A stretch of DNA of 64,000 nucleotides. It comes from an uncultured delta proteobacterium (GTDB lineage: Bacteria; Desulfobacterota; Binatia; Binatales; Binataceae). Made by a program: the position numbers and the translations under genes. The stretch lies in assembly GCA_963794325.1 (NCBI GenBank), contig CAWCDG010000003.1:96001-160000 (forward strand). Reading direction: 5' to 3'. A model generated the notes under the pieces. The model did no database searches. It was not told the DNA's origin and saw only the letters and a list, made by a program, of their open reading frames with translations. Positions 17,973 to 29,589 of this stretch are shown here, piece by piece. The stretch's first letter is position 1, and every line of letters begins with the position of its first letter.

Positions 17973-19220
17973 CTACTTCGCGCGGTCGCGGAGTTGGCGG
18001 GCGGCGCCGGCGAAGAAGTTGCGCGCGATGAAGGATCGCTCGACGGACGCCATCGCTTCCAGGATTTCTGCGTTCAGTTTGATTGCTTCATAGTCGGATG
18101 GATTCGCGTTCAGCGCAATCTCGGCCAAGGCCAGCGCGCGCTTGAGGTCGGTCGCATCCTTGAGGGCGCGCGCTTTTGCGAGGATCGCGTCGCGGCCGAT
18201 TAGCGCCAGGATGTCGGCTCCGCGTTCTTTGCGCGTCGCCGGGAACATTTGCGACGGCTCGCCCGACCACCATCCCGCATAGCGCCGGATAACGTCGCGC
18301 ACCACGAACGGGACGCATCCATAGATCGGTTGCAGATACGGTTTCGCCGCGAGGTCGGCCGGAATCGAAATGTCCGCCTCGACGATATCCACTGGCCACT
18401 CGCCGGCATTGAGCCGCCGCACGACTTCATCGTGGATGAGGCGCAGCGCGCGCGCCGTCTCGCTCAACACTTCGTTGCAAAGTTCCTCGCCGCGATACGC
18501 GGGTCCGTGGCCCGGCAGAAGGTATCGCGGGGCGCATTTCGCGATCGCCTCGAGGGTCTCCGCCCATTCGAGCGTGTAACGCTGCACCTTGTTGGGATTG
18601 CCGGTGTTCGGCATCGACGACACGATCAAATCGCCGACCATCGCGAGCCGCCGCGTCGGCATCCAGACCCAGGTCGCGTCGTCCGTCTCGCCCATCGCGT
18701 GATGCATCTCGACCGGTTCGCCGACCAGATCGAGAAATTGTTGATCGCGATAAACCAGGTCGGGGTAGCTGAACGACTTGGGCTCGAAGAGGGCGTCGGT
18801 CGCGAACGCGCCACCGAACTGGAGGCGATTGATATGCGACTGCCATCCGCGGGTGAGTGCGTAGCGTTTGAAGCGGCCGGCGACGTCCTCGTGCGCCCAG
18901 ATTTTCGGCCGCGCATGCCCGCGGGTGAGCGCGTCGGTGATGAAGGCCTCGGTGCCGAAGGCGTGATCGCCGTGGCCGTGAGTATAGATGAGGAACGCGA
19001 ACGGCTCCTCAGTGACCTCGCGAATCGCGCGCACCGCCATCGCGCCCATCTGGCGTGAGCTGGTATCGACGACGATCATCTCGCCGCGTCCGTAGGCGAA
19101 TGCGACGTTGGCAAAGCCGTGAAACATCGCGATTCCCGGCTCGAGCACTTCGAGCTGTCCCATCATCGGGTCGAAGCCGGGGAGGGTGTTCGATTGTTTT
19201 GGATTGGGCGTGGAACTCAT
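17973..19220 (-). CDS. Alkyl-sulfatase-like metallo-beta-lactamase with dimerisation domain
   Basis: YTHGHGDH, GETDD, PNTGNP, PGHG and RYAGWW. Confidence 0.85.
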   Translation of the reverse strand: MSSTPNPKQSNTLPGFDPMMGQLEVLEPGIAMFHGFANVAFAYGRGEMIVVDTSSRQMGAMAVRAIREVTEEPFAFLIYTHGHGDHAFGTEAFITDALTRGHARPKIWAHEDVAGRFKRYALTRGWQSHINRLQFGGAFATDALFEPKSFSYPDLVYRDQQFLDLVGEPVEMHHAMGETDDATWVWMPTRRLAMVGDLIVSSMPNTGNPNKVQRYTLEWAETLEAIAKCAPRYLLPGHGPAYRGEELCNEVLSETARALRLIHDEVVRRLNAGEWPVDIVEADISIPADLAAKPYLQPIYGCVPFVVRDVIRRYAGWWSGEPSQMFPATRKERGADILALIGRDAILAKARALKDATDLKRALALAEIALNANPSDYEAIKLNAEILEAMASVERSFIARNFFAGAARQLRDRAK

Positions 19221-19379
19221 CGTCTGTCTTTATCCGGGTGGTGTCCTGGTTTCAAATCGCTTGAAGAACAGAGCCCTAACCCCTGGCCCCTTCACCAGGA
19301 TGGGGAAGGGGATTTGGAAGCCCCGATTCCGCCATGTCCTATCCCCCTTGCCCCCTTTCCAGGGGGGATTATGTTGGGC

Positions 19380-19408
19380 TTGACACTCGCACCTGAAATG
19401 CGTATATT
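19380..19408 (+). promoter_or_regulatory. Sigma70-type promoter in the left TIR; probably leaderless transposase mRNA
   Basis: TTGACA-17 nt-TATATT, ATG 6 nt downstream, no SD. Confidence 0.65.
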
Positions 19409-19414
19409 AGGCGC

Positions 19415-20343
19415 ATGAACAAGAAAGTTGAAGCTGGCAAGCCGCTTTGCACTCAGCCCAATATTACACTCGCTCAATTGATGAAGCAGTTCAGCGATGA
19501 GACCGCGTGCAAAACCCTGTTGCGCGATATGCGCTGGCCGGATGGCGTCGAATGCCCGCGCTGTAAGAGCAAGAAGGTGTACGCTCTCGCATCCAAGCCG
19601 TGGCATTGGGTCTGCAAGAACAAAGATTGCGGCGGACGCAACGGCTATCGCTTCAGCGTCATCACCAAAACCATCTTCGAGAATACGAACTATCCGCTCT
19701 CGACTTGGTTTCAGGTGATCTACCTGATGACTCAGAGCAAGAAAGGAATCAGCGCACTGCAAATCCATCGACAGATTGGATCGGGCGATTACCGCACAGC
19801 GTGGTATATGGTCATGCGCATTCGTGCTGCGATGAAAGATGACGGACTGGCAAAGTTGCTCGGCACCGTTGAGGTTGACGAAACTTACATCGGCGGCAAA
19901 GAGAAGAATCGCCACTTCGGACAAGAAGCAGGGCGGACGCGGCACGACTGGAAAGATTCCCGTCATCGGCGCGATCTCGCGTAAGGGTAACGTCGTCTGC
20001 AAGATGATCGAAAACACCGATACGGAAACGCTCACTCGATTCGTGCGCGATACCGTCAGTGATAAGGTGAAGCTGGTCGCGACCGATGAGCACGCGGGCT
20101 ATCGCTACCTGAAATGGGCGATGCCGCATGAAGTCGATCAAGCACAGCGAGAATGAATACGTGCGCGGCGAGGTCCATACCAACAGCGTCGAATCGTTCT
20201 GGTCGCTGCTCAAGCGCGGAGTGCTCGGCACGTACCATAACGTGAGCAAAAAGTATTTGCCGCTCTATCTCGCGGAGTTTCAGTATCGCTTCAACAATCG
20301 CGACAACAAGAATATTTTCTTCGACGTGATAGCAGGATGCTGA
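19415..20343 (+). pseudogene. IS1595 (ISXO2-like) DDE transposase with frameshifts near 19917 and 20132
   Basis: Zinc ribbon CPRC..C..C, GTVEVDETYIGG, TDE, HTNSVESFW and YLAEFQYRFN across three frames. Confidence 0.9.
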
Positions 20344-20455
20344 GGTCAGCCCACTGGCGGAAGCCTCAGCCAGACAAGGCCAGTCACCTGATTGTGGACA
20401 GGGGCGGACAATTCCGATTGCCCTTTGGTAGGGTATTACGTAAAAAACATCAGCC

Positions 20456-20713
20456 ATGAAAAAACCCACCGAATCAGTAGTCAGACTCATCCCTTCGGGG
20501 AAAAAGTTGAATGACGTTATTGAAAACTTGGAACTAGTGGCGTCGCTTTCCATGGCTACTCTTGGTGCGATGATCCATGACCGGCCTGAGTTCAAGGACA
20601 CCGTATTGGAGTATCTCACTCAGCTTTCGAGACTCCCCAGACTCACCAAGCATCAACAACAAATAGTGCGGGACTCGATCATGCTTGTTAGAAGATTTCC
20701 GACGAATGTCTGA
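20456..20713 (+). CDS. IS passenger hypothetical protein
   Basis: 85-aa ORF within the TIRs. Confidence 0.5.
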   Translation: MKKPTESVVRLIPSGKKLNDVIENLELVASLSMATLGAMIHDRPEFKDTVLEYLTQLSRLPRLTKHQQQIVRDSIMLVRRFPTNV

Positions 20714-20767
20714 AGGCAAAATGAACTTCGACATCCAAGCAATTCGTTCATTAGGTGATTTCATAAA

Positions 20768-20914
20768 ATGCCAAAAGCAAAACCTATTTCACTCCATCCG
20801 TTAACTTTCCATGAAGCACTCAAGCACCTGGTTCGCGTTGATCCTGATAGCGTCGGCATTACTTCCAAACGCAGAAAGCGGAAAATAAAGAAATTCAGGT
20901 CGAAGGCTCAGTAA
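20768..20914 (+). CDS. Small basic IS passenger protein (48 aa; not in the ORF track)
   Basis: MPKAKPISLHPLTFHEALKHLVRVDPDSVGITSKRRKRKIKKFRSKAQ; AGGTGA RBS-like sequence upstream. Confidence 0.5.
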   Translation: MPKAKPISLHPLTFHEALKHLVRVDPDSVGITSKRRKRKIKKFRSKAQ

Positions 20915-21644
20915 TCCAATTGCAGTGTTTTAGTCTAATAAACTGAGTATTTACTTCCATGATTTGTCCGATAGCTTGAATCTTCGTTCCTCGGTCCAGT
21001 AGTTCAATTCGTTCGGTCCACGTTAAATCGCAGTCCAATGCGATCTGGATGAGTTCGTCAACGAAGAATCGTATGGTCCAGAACTCAGGATATTGATTAA
21101 TTTCGTAAACAGAACCGCTAACGCGGTACCATTTTCCTATGTAGCGCTGAACTGACTTCTGAGCCTGCATTGAGACTTGATTTCTGAATGGCTCGACTAG
21201 TTGACGTGGTGTGAGGTCAATGAAAATGCGTTCCTCGGATTCTGGCAACTGTTGAGCATTCGCAATTACAGCAGGTAATTCCGGCACTGGATTAACAACT
21301 TGTAGCGGTCGCGTCTCTTGAACTCTGGTAGCCGACGTGGCGCGCGTTTTATGACGACGATTGTCGATCCACAAATAACCGCCAGCAAGAAATACCGTGA
21401 CGGAACTCCCCAATGGAGAAAACAAAAACCCGACAATCGTTTCGAGGCCGGATGCGAAGAAATGACTAATGCTCGCGGAATGCTTCGCGATGGCCTTCGC
21501 AGTTTCTGCGTCGCCTATTATCTCGAACACGACGCGCACCACCCAAAAGACGGTTCCCAATAATCCGAGGGTAAGGAAACCCTCAGCGGTTGTTTTACGA
21601 GAGATCGGCATATTTCTCCCCTCTTCAGGCATGGATTTGCCCAC
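20895..21644 (-). CDS. IS passenger: membrane-anchored protein with a C-terminal OB-fold-like (tRNA_anti-like) domain
   Basis: Two hydrophobic segments; RYIGKWYRVSGSVYEI...GTKIQAIGQI...LKHC pattern. Confidence 0.55.
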   Translation of the reverse strand: MGKSMPEEGRNMPISRKTTAEGFLTLGLLGTVFWVVRVVFEIIGDAETAKAIAKHSASISHFFASGLETIVGFLFSPLGSSVTVFLAGGYLWIDNRRHKTRATSATRVQETRPLQVVNPVPELPAVIANAQQLPESEERIFIDLTPRQLVEPFRNQVSMQAQKSVQRYIGKWYRVSGSVYEINQYPEFWTIRFFVDELIQIALDCDLTWTERIELLDRGTKIQAIGQIMEVNTQFIRLKHCNWITEPST

Positions 21645-21811
21645 GCATTGAAGCGGAGATCAAACTGCGGTATCTGCCGCTCAGGACTGGACATCGCCTT
21701 GCCCATTTTGTAAGCAAGGGGATGCGGGTGTCAAGTTAGACATAATCCCCTTTCCAGCGGGGAAAGGGGGAACAGAGCAGAAATTCGCGGGAGTGTGATC
21801 ACGGCCTGTCG

Positions 21812-21884
21812 CCCTCACCCCCTTTCCGGCGGGAAAGGGGGAACAGAAGGGGAGAGGGCGGGCACGGCGGCCCGCCCACTGACA
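21812..21884. repeat. Family C REP plus a GGGCGGGCACGGCGGCCCGCCCAC REP-like hairpin
   Basis: Palindromes visible in the sequence. Confidence 0.6.
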
Positions 21885-21918
21885 CCAACGGATCTATCGT
21901 TTAGACTTGCCAGTTGAA

Positions 21919-24117
<2,199 letters not shown>

Positions 24118-24183
24118 CGCGCGGTGTCAACGGAAAAGAAAGTCAGACGCCTGCGCGGCGGGCGGCATCGACACCGTCGCGGG

Positions 24184-24257
24184 GGGGTGACCCCTGCACC
24201 CAGTGTTAAGAAAAGAAAATCGCAAAATCGCGAGGACGCGCTTTTGCTCTCGGGTTC
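24184..24257 (+). repeat. Repeat family A, copy 7 (5'-truncated, covariant H3)
   Basis: GGGGTGACCCCTGCACCCAGTGTTAAG then GCAAAATCGCG-AGGA-CGCGCTTTTGC. Confidence 0.75.
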
Positions 24258-24498
24258 AAGGGGAAGGAGACCGCGAGGCGAGGCAGGTGGACGACAGCGC
24301 GCAATGTCAGCCCCGAATACAAAGTCGGGCTATGCGGTTCCGCGATGCCCGACGACGAACACGTGCCTTCTGACCCCCCTTTGAGGTTGCCCGCCCTTGG
24401 TGTAAAGAATTCGTCAGCGCGTGATCACCTACCGCGCGGGTAGCGTGGGATCGAAACAGGCGGACGGCCGCCTCAACCCGGTTGAGAGGGAGAACACG

Positions 24499-24810
24499 AT
24501 GCGGACGCGAAAAGTCTCGAAAATTGGTGAACGTGGGCTGCGAATCATTTCCGCAGCGGCTATGGCGGTATCGCTTGGGATGCTGACGCTCGGCGGATGT
24601 TCGTCGCAGAGTGCTGATCAGCCAACCGAAAAGCCGATCGCCGCAAATTTCGCGCTCGAAAAATGCGAGCAGATCCAACCGAACCTTTACAAGTGCCCGG
24701 CCATCGATCAGCCGCTCTGCACGCCTCAATTCAATCGCACCGACATCAATTGCGTGCGCATCGGACCCAAGGGCGGCGTGTTCGTCCAGCGCGGCGGCAT
24801 AACGCCGTAA
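24499..24810 (+). CDS. Cys-rich hypothetical lipoprotein
   Basis: GGGAG RBS, lipobox LGGC, four further Cys. Confidence 0.7.
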   Translation: MRTRKVSKIGERGLRIISAAAMAVSLGMLTLGGCSSQSADQPTEKPIAANFALEKCEQIQPNLYKCPAIDQPLCTPQFNRTDINCVRIGPKGGVFVQRGGITP

Positions 24811-24917
24811 GCGGATTCCTGCATTTTGCACTCCCGCCTGAGCTTCGACGCTTGGGCGGGAGTTCCAGTTCCCCGGCGTTTGCGCGTCGTGCGCTCATCT
24901 GACAATTTTTAGACAAG

Positions 24918-25106
24918 ATGCAGTGTCCCATCTGCAAAAAGCCGGCTGATCTGTCGCAACGAAATCGCTTCCGTCCGTTTTGTTCCGAGCGATGCCAGAT
25001 GATCGATCTCGGCACCTGGGTGTCCGGCGATTACGAGGCGAATGAATCGAAGCCCGCCGATCACGAGCATCCCGACGATCTGAAAAAACGCAGGCTCCTC
25101 AATTGA
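24918..25106 (+). CDS. yacG: DNA gyrase inhibitor YacG
   Basis: CPIC...RPFCSERCQMIDLGTW. Confidence 0.93.
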   Translation: MQCPICKKPADLSQRNRFRPFCSERCQMIDLGTWVSGDYEANESKPADHEHPDDLKKRRLLN

Positions 25107-25924
25107 GCGAGGCGACGCCGCGGATCCATCCGACGTCGGTGGTTGGTCCCGGCGTAGAGTTGGCGGCCGGCGTCGAAGTCGGCCCGCTATGTCTGATCGA
25201 CGGGAAAATCCGCATCGGTGCGCGCACCCGGCTGATAGGCCACGTCACGATTCTCGGAATCACGGAACTCGGCGCCGACAACGTGCTGCATCCGGGCGCG
25301 GTGATCGGCGACGAGCCGCAAGATCTGACGTACACGGGCGTCGCGCGATCGGTGAAAATCGGCGATCGCAACGTCTTCCGCGAATACACCACCGTTCATC
25401 GCGGATGCGAGCATGGCGACGTCACCCTGATGGGCGACGACAACTTCATGATGCAGAATGCACACGTCGCGCACGATTGTCGCATCGGCAACTCGACGAT
25501 TATCGCGGGCGGCGCGTTGCTCGCAGGATGGGTCGAGCTGGGCGACCGCGCGCTGGTCTCGGGCAACTGCGTCGTGCATCAGTACACGCGCATCGGACGG
25601 CTCGCGATGATGCGCGGGCTGTCGCGCACCAGCCGCGACGTCCCGCCATTCTGCATCATGGACGGCACCCACACGCTGCGCGGAATAAATGTGGTAGGCC
25701 TCAAACGCGCCGGCATCCCGTCGAAATCGATTCACGCCCTGCGGCATGCGTTCACGGACCTGTTCGGCGCCCGTCAAAATCTAAAACTGGCAATCGAGCG
25801 CCTGGAGAAATCCGGCGACGCGACTGCTGAAGTGTCAGAGATGATAAATTTCATCAAAGCCTCGAAACGTGGCGTCGCCTTCGGCCCGCACGACCGGCAA
25901 TCTTCCGACGATTCCGAATCCTGA
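25103..25924 (+). CDS. lpxA: UDP-N-acetylglucosamine O-acyltransferase
   Basis: IHPTSVV, PQDL, HVAHDC, VHQY and DVPPF hexapeptide fold. Confidence 0.93.
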   Translation: MSEATPRIHPTSVVGPGVELAAGVEVGPLCLIDGKIRIGARTRLIGHVTILGITELGADNVLHPGAVIGDEPQDLTYTGVARSVKIGDRNVFREYTTVHRGCEHGDVTLMGDDNFMMQNAHVAHDCRIGNSTIIAGGALLAGWVELGDRALVSGNCVVHQYTRIGRLAMMRGLSRTSRDVPPFCIMDGTHTLRGINVVGLKRAGIPSKSIHALRHAFTDLFGARQNLKLAIERLEKSGDATAEVSEMINFIKASKRGVAFGPHDRQSSDDSES

Positions 25925-25926
25925 AT

Positions 25927-25963
25927 CATGAACCAGAAAATCACAGGCTAAAGCCTGTGCCAC
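25927..25963. repeat. REP family E, single copy
   Basis: Exact reverse complement of 10309-10345. Confidence 0.85.
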
Positions 25964-26030
25964 TAAAATCATACAATCGCGTTCTTCACCGATTGCCCTG
26001 ACGGCCAACCCCTGAAACAATTACAACGCG

Positions 26031-26477
26031 ATGCGCATTCGTCCTCGATTCTTCATTGGCGTAGGTTTGATCGCTGTCGCGATCGGCTACCTTATATTCA
26101 GCTCGATTCGCACCACGTCCGAATACTACCTTACCGTTCCCGAAGTGGCCGCGCGGCAAAGCGAGCTGGGCGGACAGGCGATTCGCGTCGCCGGCCGCGT
26201 CAAGCCGGGCAACATCGGATGGGACCCGAACACGCTCACCCTCAGATTCGCAATCGGACCGCTTCCCGAGGTTGGTGCGGACGGCGAGCCGGTCAAACCG
26301 GTTTCTTCTGTTGTAGCTTCCGATCCCGTCTCGTTTCGCGTCGTAGCTGCCGGTGAGCCCAAGCCCGACATGTTCGCGCCCGGCCGCGACGTTATCGTCG
26401 AGGGAAAGATCGGGCCGGACGGCACGATTGCGGCGACCCAGGTCATGACGAGTTGCCCTTCCAAGTACAAGCCCTAA
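26031..26477 (+). CDS. ccmE: Heme chaperone CcmE (CxxxY type)
   Basis: YYLTV, IRVAGRV, PDMF..G..VIVEG and SCPSKY. Confidence 0.92.
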   Translation: MRIRPRFFIGVGLIAVAIGYLIFSSIRTTSEYYLTVPEVAARQSELGGQAIRVAGRVKPGNIGWDPNTLTLRFAIGPLPEVGADGEPVKPVSSVVASDPVSFRVVAAGEPKPDMFAPGRDVIVEGKIGPDGTIAATQVMTSCPSKYKP

Positions 26478-26505
26478 GCAAGCACAATAGCAGCGGGTTT
26501 TTCTG

Positions 26506-28530
26506 ATGCCCCAACTTGGCAACCTCGCGCTTGCGATCGCACTGATTCTCGCCGTTTATTCGATCGTCGCGAATATTTACGGCGCGCGCCGAAATGCGTC
26601 CGATTTCATCGTCAGCGCGCGCCATGCGTTGTGGGCGATGTGCGCGATGGTCACGATTGCGGTCGTGGTGTTGTGGATCTCGCTGCTGCGCAGCGATTTC
26701 TCGCTCGAATACGTCGCCGCATACTCGAGCACCACGCTGCCGACCGTTTACAAATTCACCTCGCTATGGGGCGGGCAGCAGGGATCGCTTTTGTTCTGGA
26801 CGTGGCTGCTGTCTATTTTCACGTCGATCGCCGCGTTCCAGAATCGCCGCCGCAATCCCGAGATCGCGCCGTACGCGCTCGCCGTGCTGGCCGGCGTCGC
26901 AATCTTTTTTCTGTTGATGCTGAATTTCGTCACTCGTCCATTCGACTTGCTTGCGGCGGTCCCCGCCGAAGGGTCCGACCTGAATCCGCTGCTGCAAAAT
27001 TATTGGATGGCGATACATCCGCCGAGTCTCTACACCGGCTACGTCAGCGCGACGGTGCCGTTCGCGTTCGGCGCCGCCGCTCTGATCACAGGCAAGCTCG
27101 ACGACGGATGGATTCGATCGACGCGGCGCTGGGCGATTTTCTCGTGGTTCTTTCTCACGCTCGGCAATATGTTCGGCGCGCGATGGGCCTACGAAGTTCT
27201 CGGCTGGGGCGGATACTGGGCTTGGGATCCGGTGGAGAACGCGGCCTTCATGCCGTGGCTGGTGATGACGGCGTACCTGCATTCGGTGATGATCCAGGAA
27301 CGCAAGGACATGCTGAAAGTCTGGAACCTGTCGCTGATCGGGCTCGCATTCGGACTGACGCTGTTCGGCACCTTCATCACGCGCAGCGGCGTCATCTCGT
27401 CGGTGCATTCGTTCACGCAGTCCGGCCTCGGACCATACTTTTTGAGCTTCCTGATAACGGTGACGCTTGGCTACACGGCCCTTCTGATCTTCCGATCGAA
27501 GCAACTGCGCAGTCCCGCCGAATTCGAATCGTATCTGTCGCGCGAGGCGGCGTTCCTGTTCAACAACCTGATGCTGGTGGGGATCGCGTTCGCGGTTTTC
27601 TGGGGCACGATCTTTCCAGTGCTGTCGGAAGCGGTGCGCGGCGTGAAGATTACCGTCGGCCCGCCGTTCTTCAATCGCGTCAACGGGCCGCTCGCGCTCG
27701 GCCTCGTGTTCCTGATGGGAATCGGGCCGCTGATCGCGTGGCGGCGGACGACGGCTGACAATCTGGTCCGCAGTTTCGCCGCGCCGGTCATCATCGGCGT
27801 CGCAACCGGAATCGTCGCCGCCGCTGCGGGCATCCGCCAATGGTACGTGCTGACCGCGTTCTCGTTAGCGGCGTTCGTACTCGGCACCGTGCTGGTCGAA
27901 TTTCGCCGCGGGATGAACGCGCGGCGCCACATGGTTTCCGAACCGCGCGCAAAGGCTCTGGTCAATCTCGTCGCCAAGAACAACCGCCGCTACGGCGGCT
28001 ATATCATCCACATCGGCACGATCGTCGCGTTCGTCGGAATCGTCGGGTCTTCGTTCTTCCGTACCGAAGTGAAAAAGAGCGTGCACGTAGGCGACAGCTT
28101 CACGATCGGTTCGTACACGCTGCGCTTCCAGGGTCTGGATGAAAGCGATACGCCTCATCTCGAGGCGGCGACCGCGCGGGTCCAGGTGCTTAGCTCCGAC
28201 GGCCGCGAGATCACCGTGATGTCGCCGGCGAAGCTGTTCTTCAAACGCGCGCAGCAGCCGGCAACGAAGGTCGCAATCCGCTCGACTCCCGCGAGCGACC
28301 TCTACGTCGTGCTCGCCGGAATCGACGACAGCGGCAATACCGCAACCTTCGAAGTGTTCCTGACGCCGCTGGTCTTCTGGCTATGGGGGGGCGGCCTCAT
28401 GATGGTCTTTGGGACTGTGATCGTGATGTGGCCGAACGTGCGCGAACGTGCCGCGATCGCCACCGCGCTCAGCCGCTCGACTACCGAAGAGCGCGAACTT
28501 GCCGACATCGGCGCTCCCGGAGGCGACTGA
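26506..28530 (+). CDS. ccmF: Cytochrome c heme lyase CcmF
   Basis: IHPP, WGGYWAWDPVEN and SVHSF. Confidence 0.97.
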   Translation: MPQLGNLALAIALILAVYSIVANIYGARRNASDFIVSARHALWAMCAMVTIAVVVLWISLLRSDFSLEYVAAYSSTTLPTVYKFTSLWGGQQGSLLFWTWLLSIFTSIAAFQNRRRNPEIAPYALAVLAGVAIFFLLMLNFVTRPFDLLAAVPAEGSDLNPLLQNYWMAIHPPSLYTGYVSATVPFAFGAAALITGKLDDGWIRSTRRWAIFSWFFLTLGNMFGARWAYEVLGWGGYWAWDPVENAAFMPWLVMTAYLHSVMIQERKDMLKVWNLSLIGLAFGLTLFGTFITRSGVISSVHSFTQSGLGPYFLSFLITVTLGYTALLIFRSKQLRSPAEFESYLSREAAFLFNNLMLVGIAFAVFWGTIFPVLSEAVRGVKITVGPPFFNRVNGPLALGLVFLMGIGPLIAWRRTTADNLVRSFAAPVIIGVATGIVAAAAGIRQWYVLTAFSLAAFVLGTVLVEFRRGMNARRHMVSEPRAKALVNLVAKNNRRYGGYIIHIGTIVAFVGIVGSSFFRTEVKKSVHVGDSFTIGSYTLRFQGLDESDTPHLEAATARVQVLSSDGREITVMSPAKLFFKRAQQPATKVAIRSTPASDLYVVLAGIDDSGNTATFEVFLTPLVFWLWGGGLMMVFGTVIVMWPNVRERAAIATALSRSTTEERELADIGAPGGD

Positions 28531-28535
28531 ATCCG

Positions 28536-29028
28536 GTGCGCGCGAAACTCACGCTCGCATCGTCGTTCGTGTTCCTCGTCGTGGCGATATTGGTTTTTCG
28601 CTCGCCTCAACTAAAGGCCGATTCACCTCCGACGAATTCGCAGGTTTCCGAAGGTCTGACCTGCCAATGTGGATGCGGTCTGACGGTCGCCAACTGCAAC
28701 ATGCCGACCTGCGGCTTTTCAGTGCCGATGCGCCGCGAAATCGATCGCATGATTGGCGAAGGCAAGACTCGCGCGCAGATAATCGCCTTCTATCGTCATC
28801 AGTACGGCGAGAAAGTTCTGTCGGCACCGACCACCGAAGGGCTTCAACATCCTCGCGTGGACGATGCCCTTCATCGCGATCGCAGTCGGCGGCGGCGCTG
28901 ATGGTGCTGGCCGTTGGCCGATGGCATTCGTCGGCGCCTTCGAACTCGAAGGAGAGCGAAAAGCGCCGACGTCATTCGATCCGGAACTCAGACGCAAACT
29001 CGAAAAGGAACTCGAGGAGCGCAGGTAA
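28536..29028 (+). CDS. ccmH: CcmH; about three frameshifts (near 28840, 28897 and 28965), probably errors
   Basis: LTCQCGC and YGEKVLSAP, then GFNILAWTMPF and ELEERR in shifted frames. Confidence 0.8.
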
Positions 29029-29031
29029 CCG

Positions 29032-29589
29032 GTGTTCATCCTGGCCGCCGCGCTGATCGTCGCCGGAGTCGCGCTGTTCGTCGCGGCCCCGCTCGGCATC
29101 GGTCTGGTCGGCGCGCGCGCCAAGTCGGCGGGCGAGGAGCAAGTCGAGCGCCACGAGCACGAGCGCGCGCTGGCGGTGCAAGGTCTTCGCGAACTCGAAT
29201 TCGATCGCGAGATGGGCAAGCTGTCGGACGCCGACTACGAATCGATGCACAAGGCGCTCGAGGATCGAGCGCTCACCGCGATGACCGCGGTCGAGACAAT
29301 TCGCGACGCCGCCGACAAGGCCGCCAACGCGAAGAAACCAGCCGTCACTCCGCTGACCACTGCGATCCGCCGACCCGCACCAGCGCCGCGCCGCATCGAT
29401 CCAATACCGACTCTCGTCGTGCACAACGAACCGCCGCGCCCGCCGCAAGCATCGCTGTCAACGACCGGCTCGCGCAAGATCAGCTTCTGTCCGGAATGCG
29501 GAACGCGCGCCGCGGTCGATTCGAAGTTCTGCGCGCAATGCGGTATCGCGATCAAGCCGATGGGCGCCGCGATCGCCCGGTCCGAGTAA
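29032..29589 (+). CDS. Membrane-anchored ccm-associated protein with a C-terminal double-CxxC zinc ribbon
   Basis: LRELEFDREMGKLSDADY (CcmI N-terminus-like); FCPECG..FCAQCG. Confidence 0.8.
   Translation: MFILAAALIVAGVALFVAAPLGIGLVGARAKSAGEEQVERHEHERALAVQGLRELEFDREMGKLSDADYESMHKALEDRALTAMTAVETIRDAADKAANAKKPAVTPLTTAIRRPAPAPRRIDPIPTLVVHNEPPRPPQASLSTTGSRKISFCPECGTRAAVDSKFCAQCGIAIKPMGAAIARSE

Larger units (their letters stand above)
19363..21750 (+). mobile_element. IS1595-family transposon carrying passenger genes (~2.39 kb)
   Basis: Imperfect TIRs GGGGATTATGTTGGGCTTGACACTCGCA and GGGGATTATGTCTAACTTGACACCCGCA; duplicated TTTCCAG at 19356-19362 and 21751-21757; lower GC inside. Confidence 0.9.

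Noticed and set aside
19910-20140. Programmed frameshifting of the transposase
   Set aside because: No slippery heptamer, two shifts are needed, and similar indels occur in housekeeping genes.
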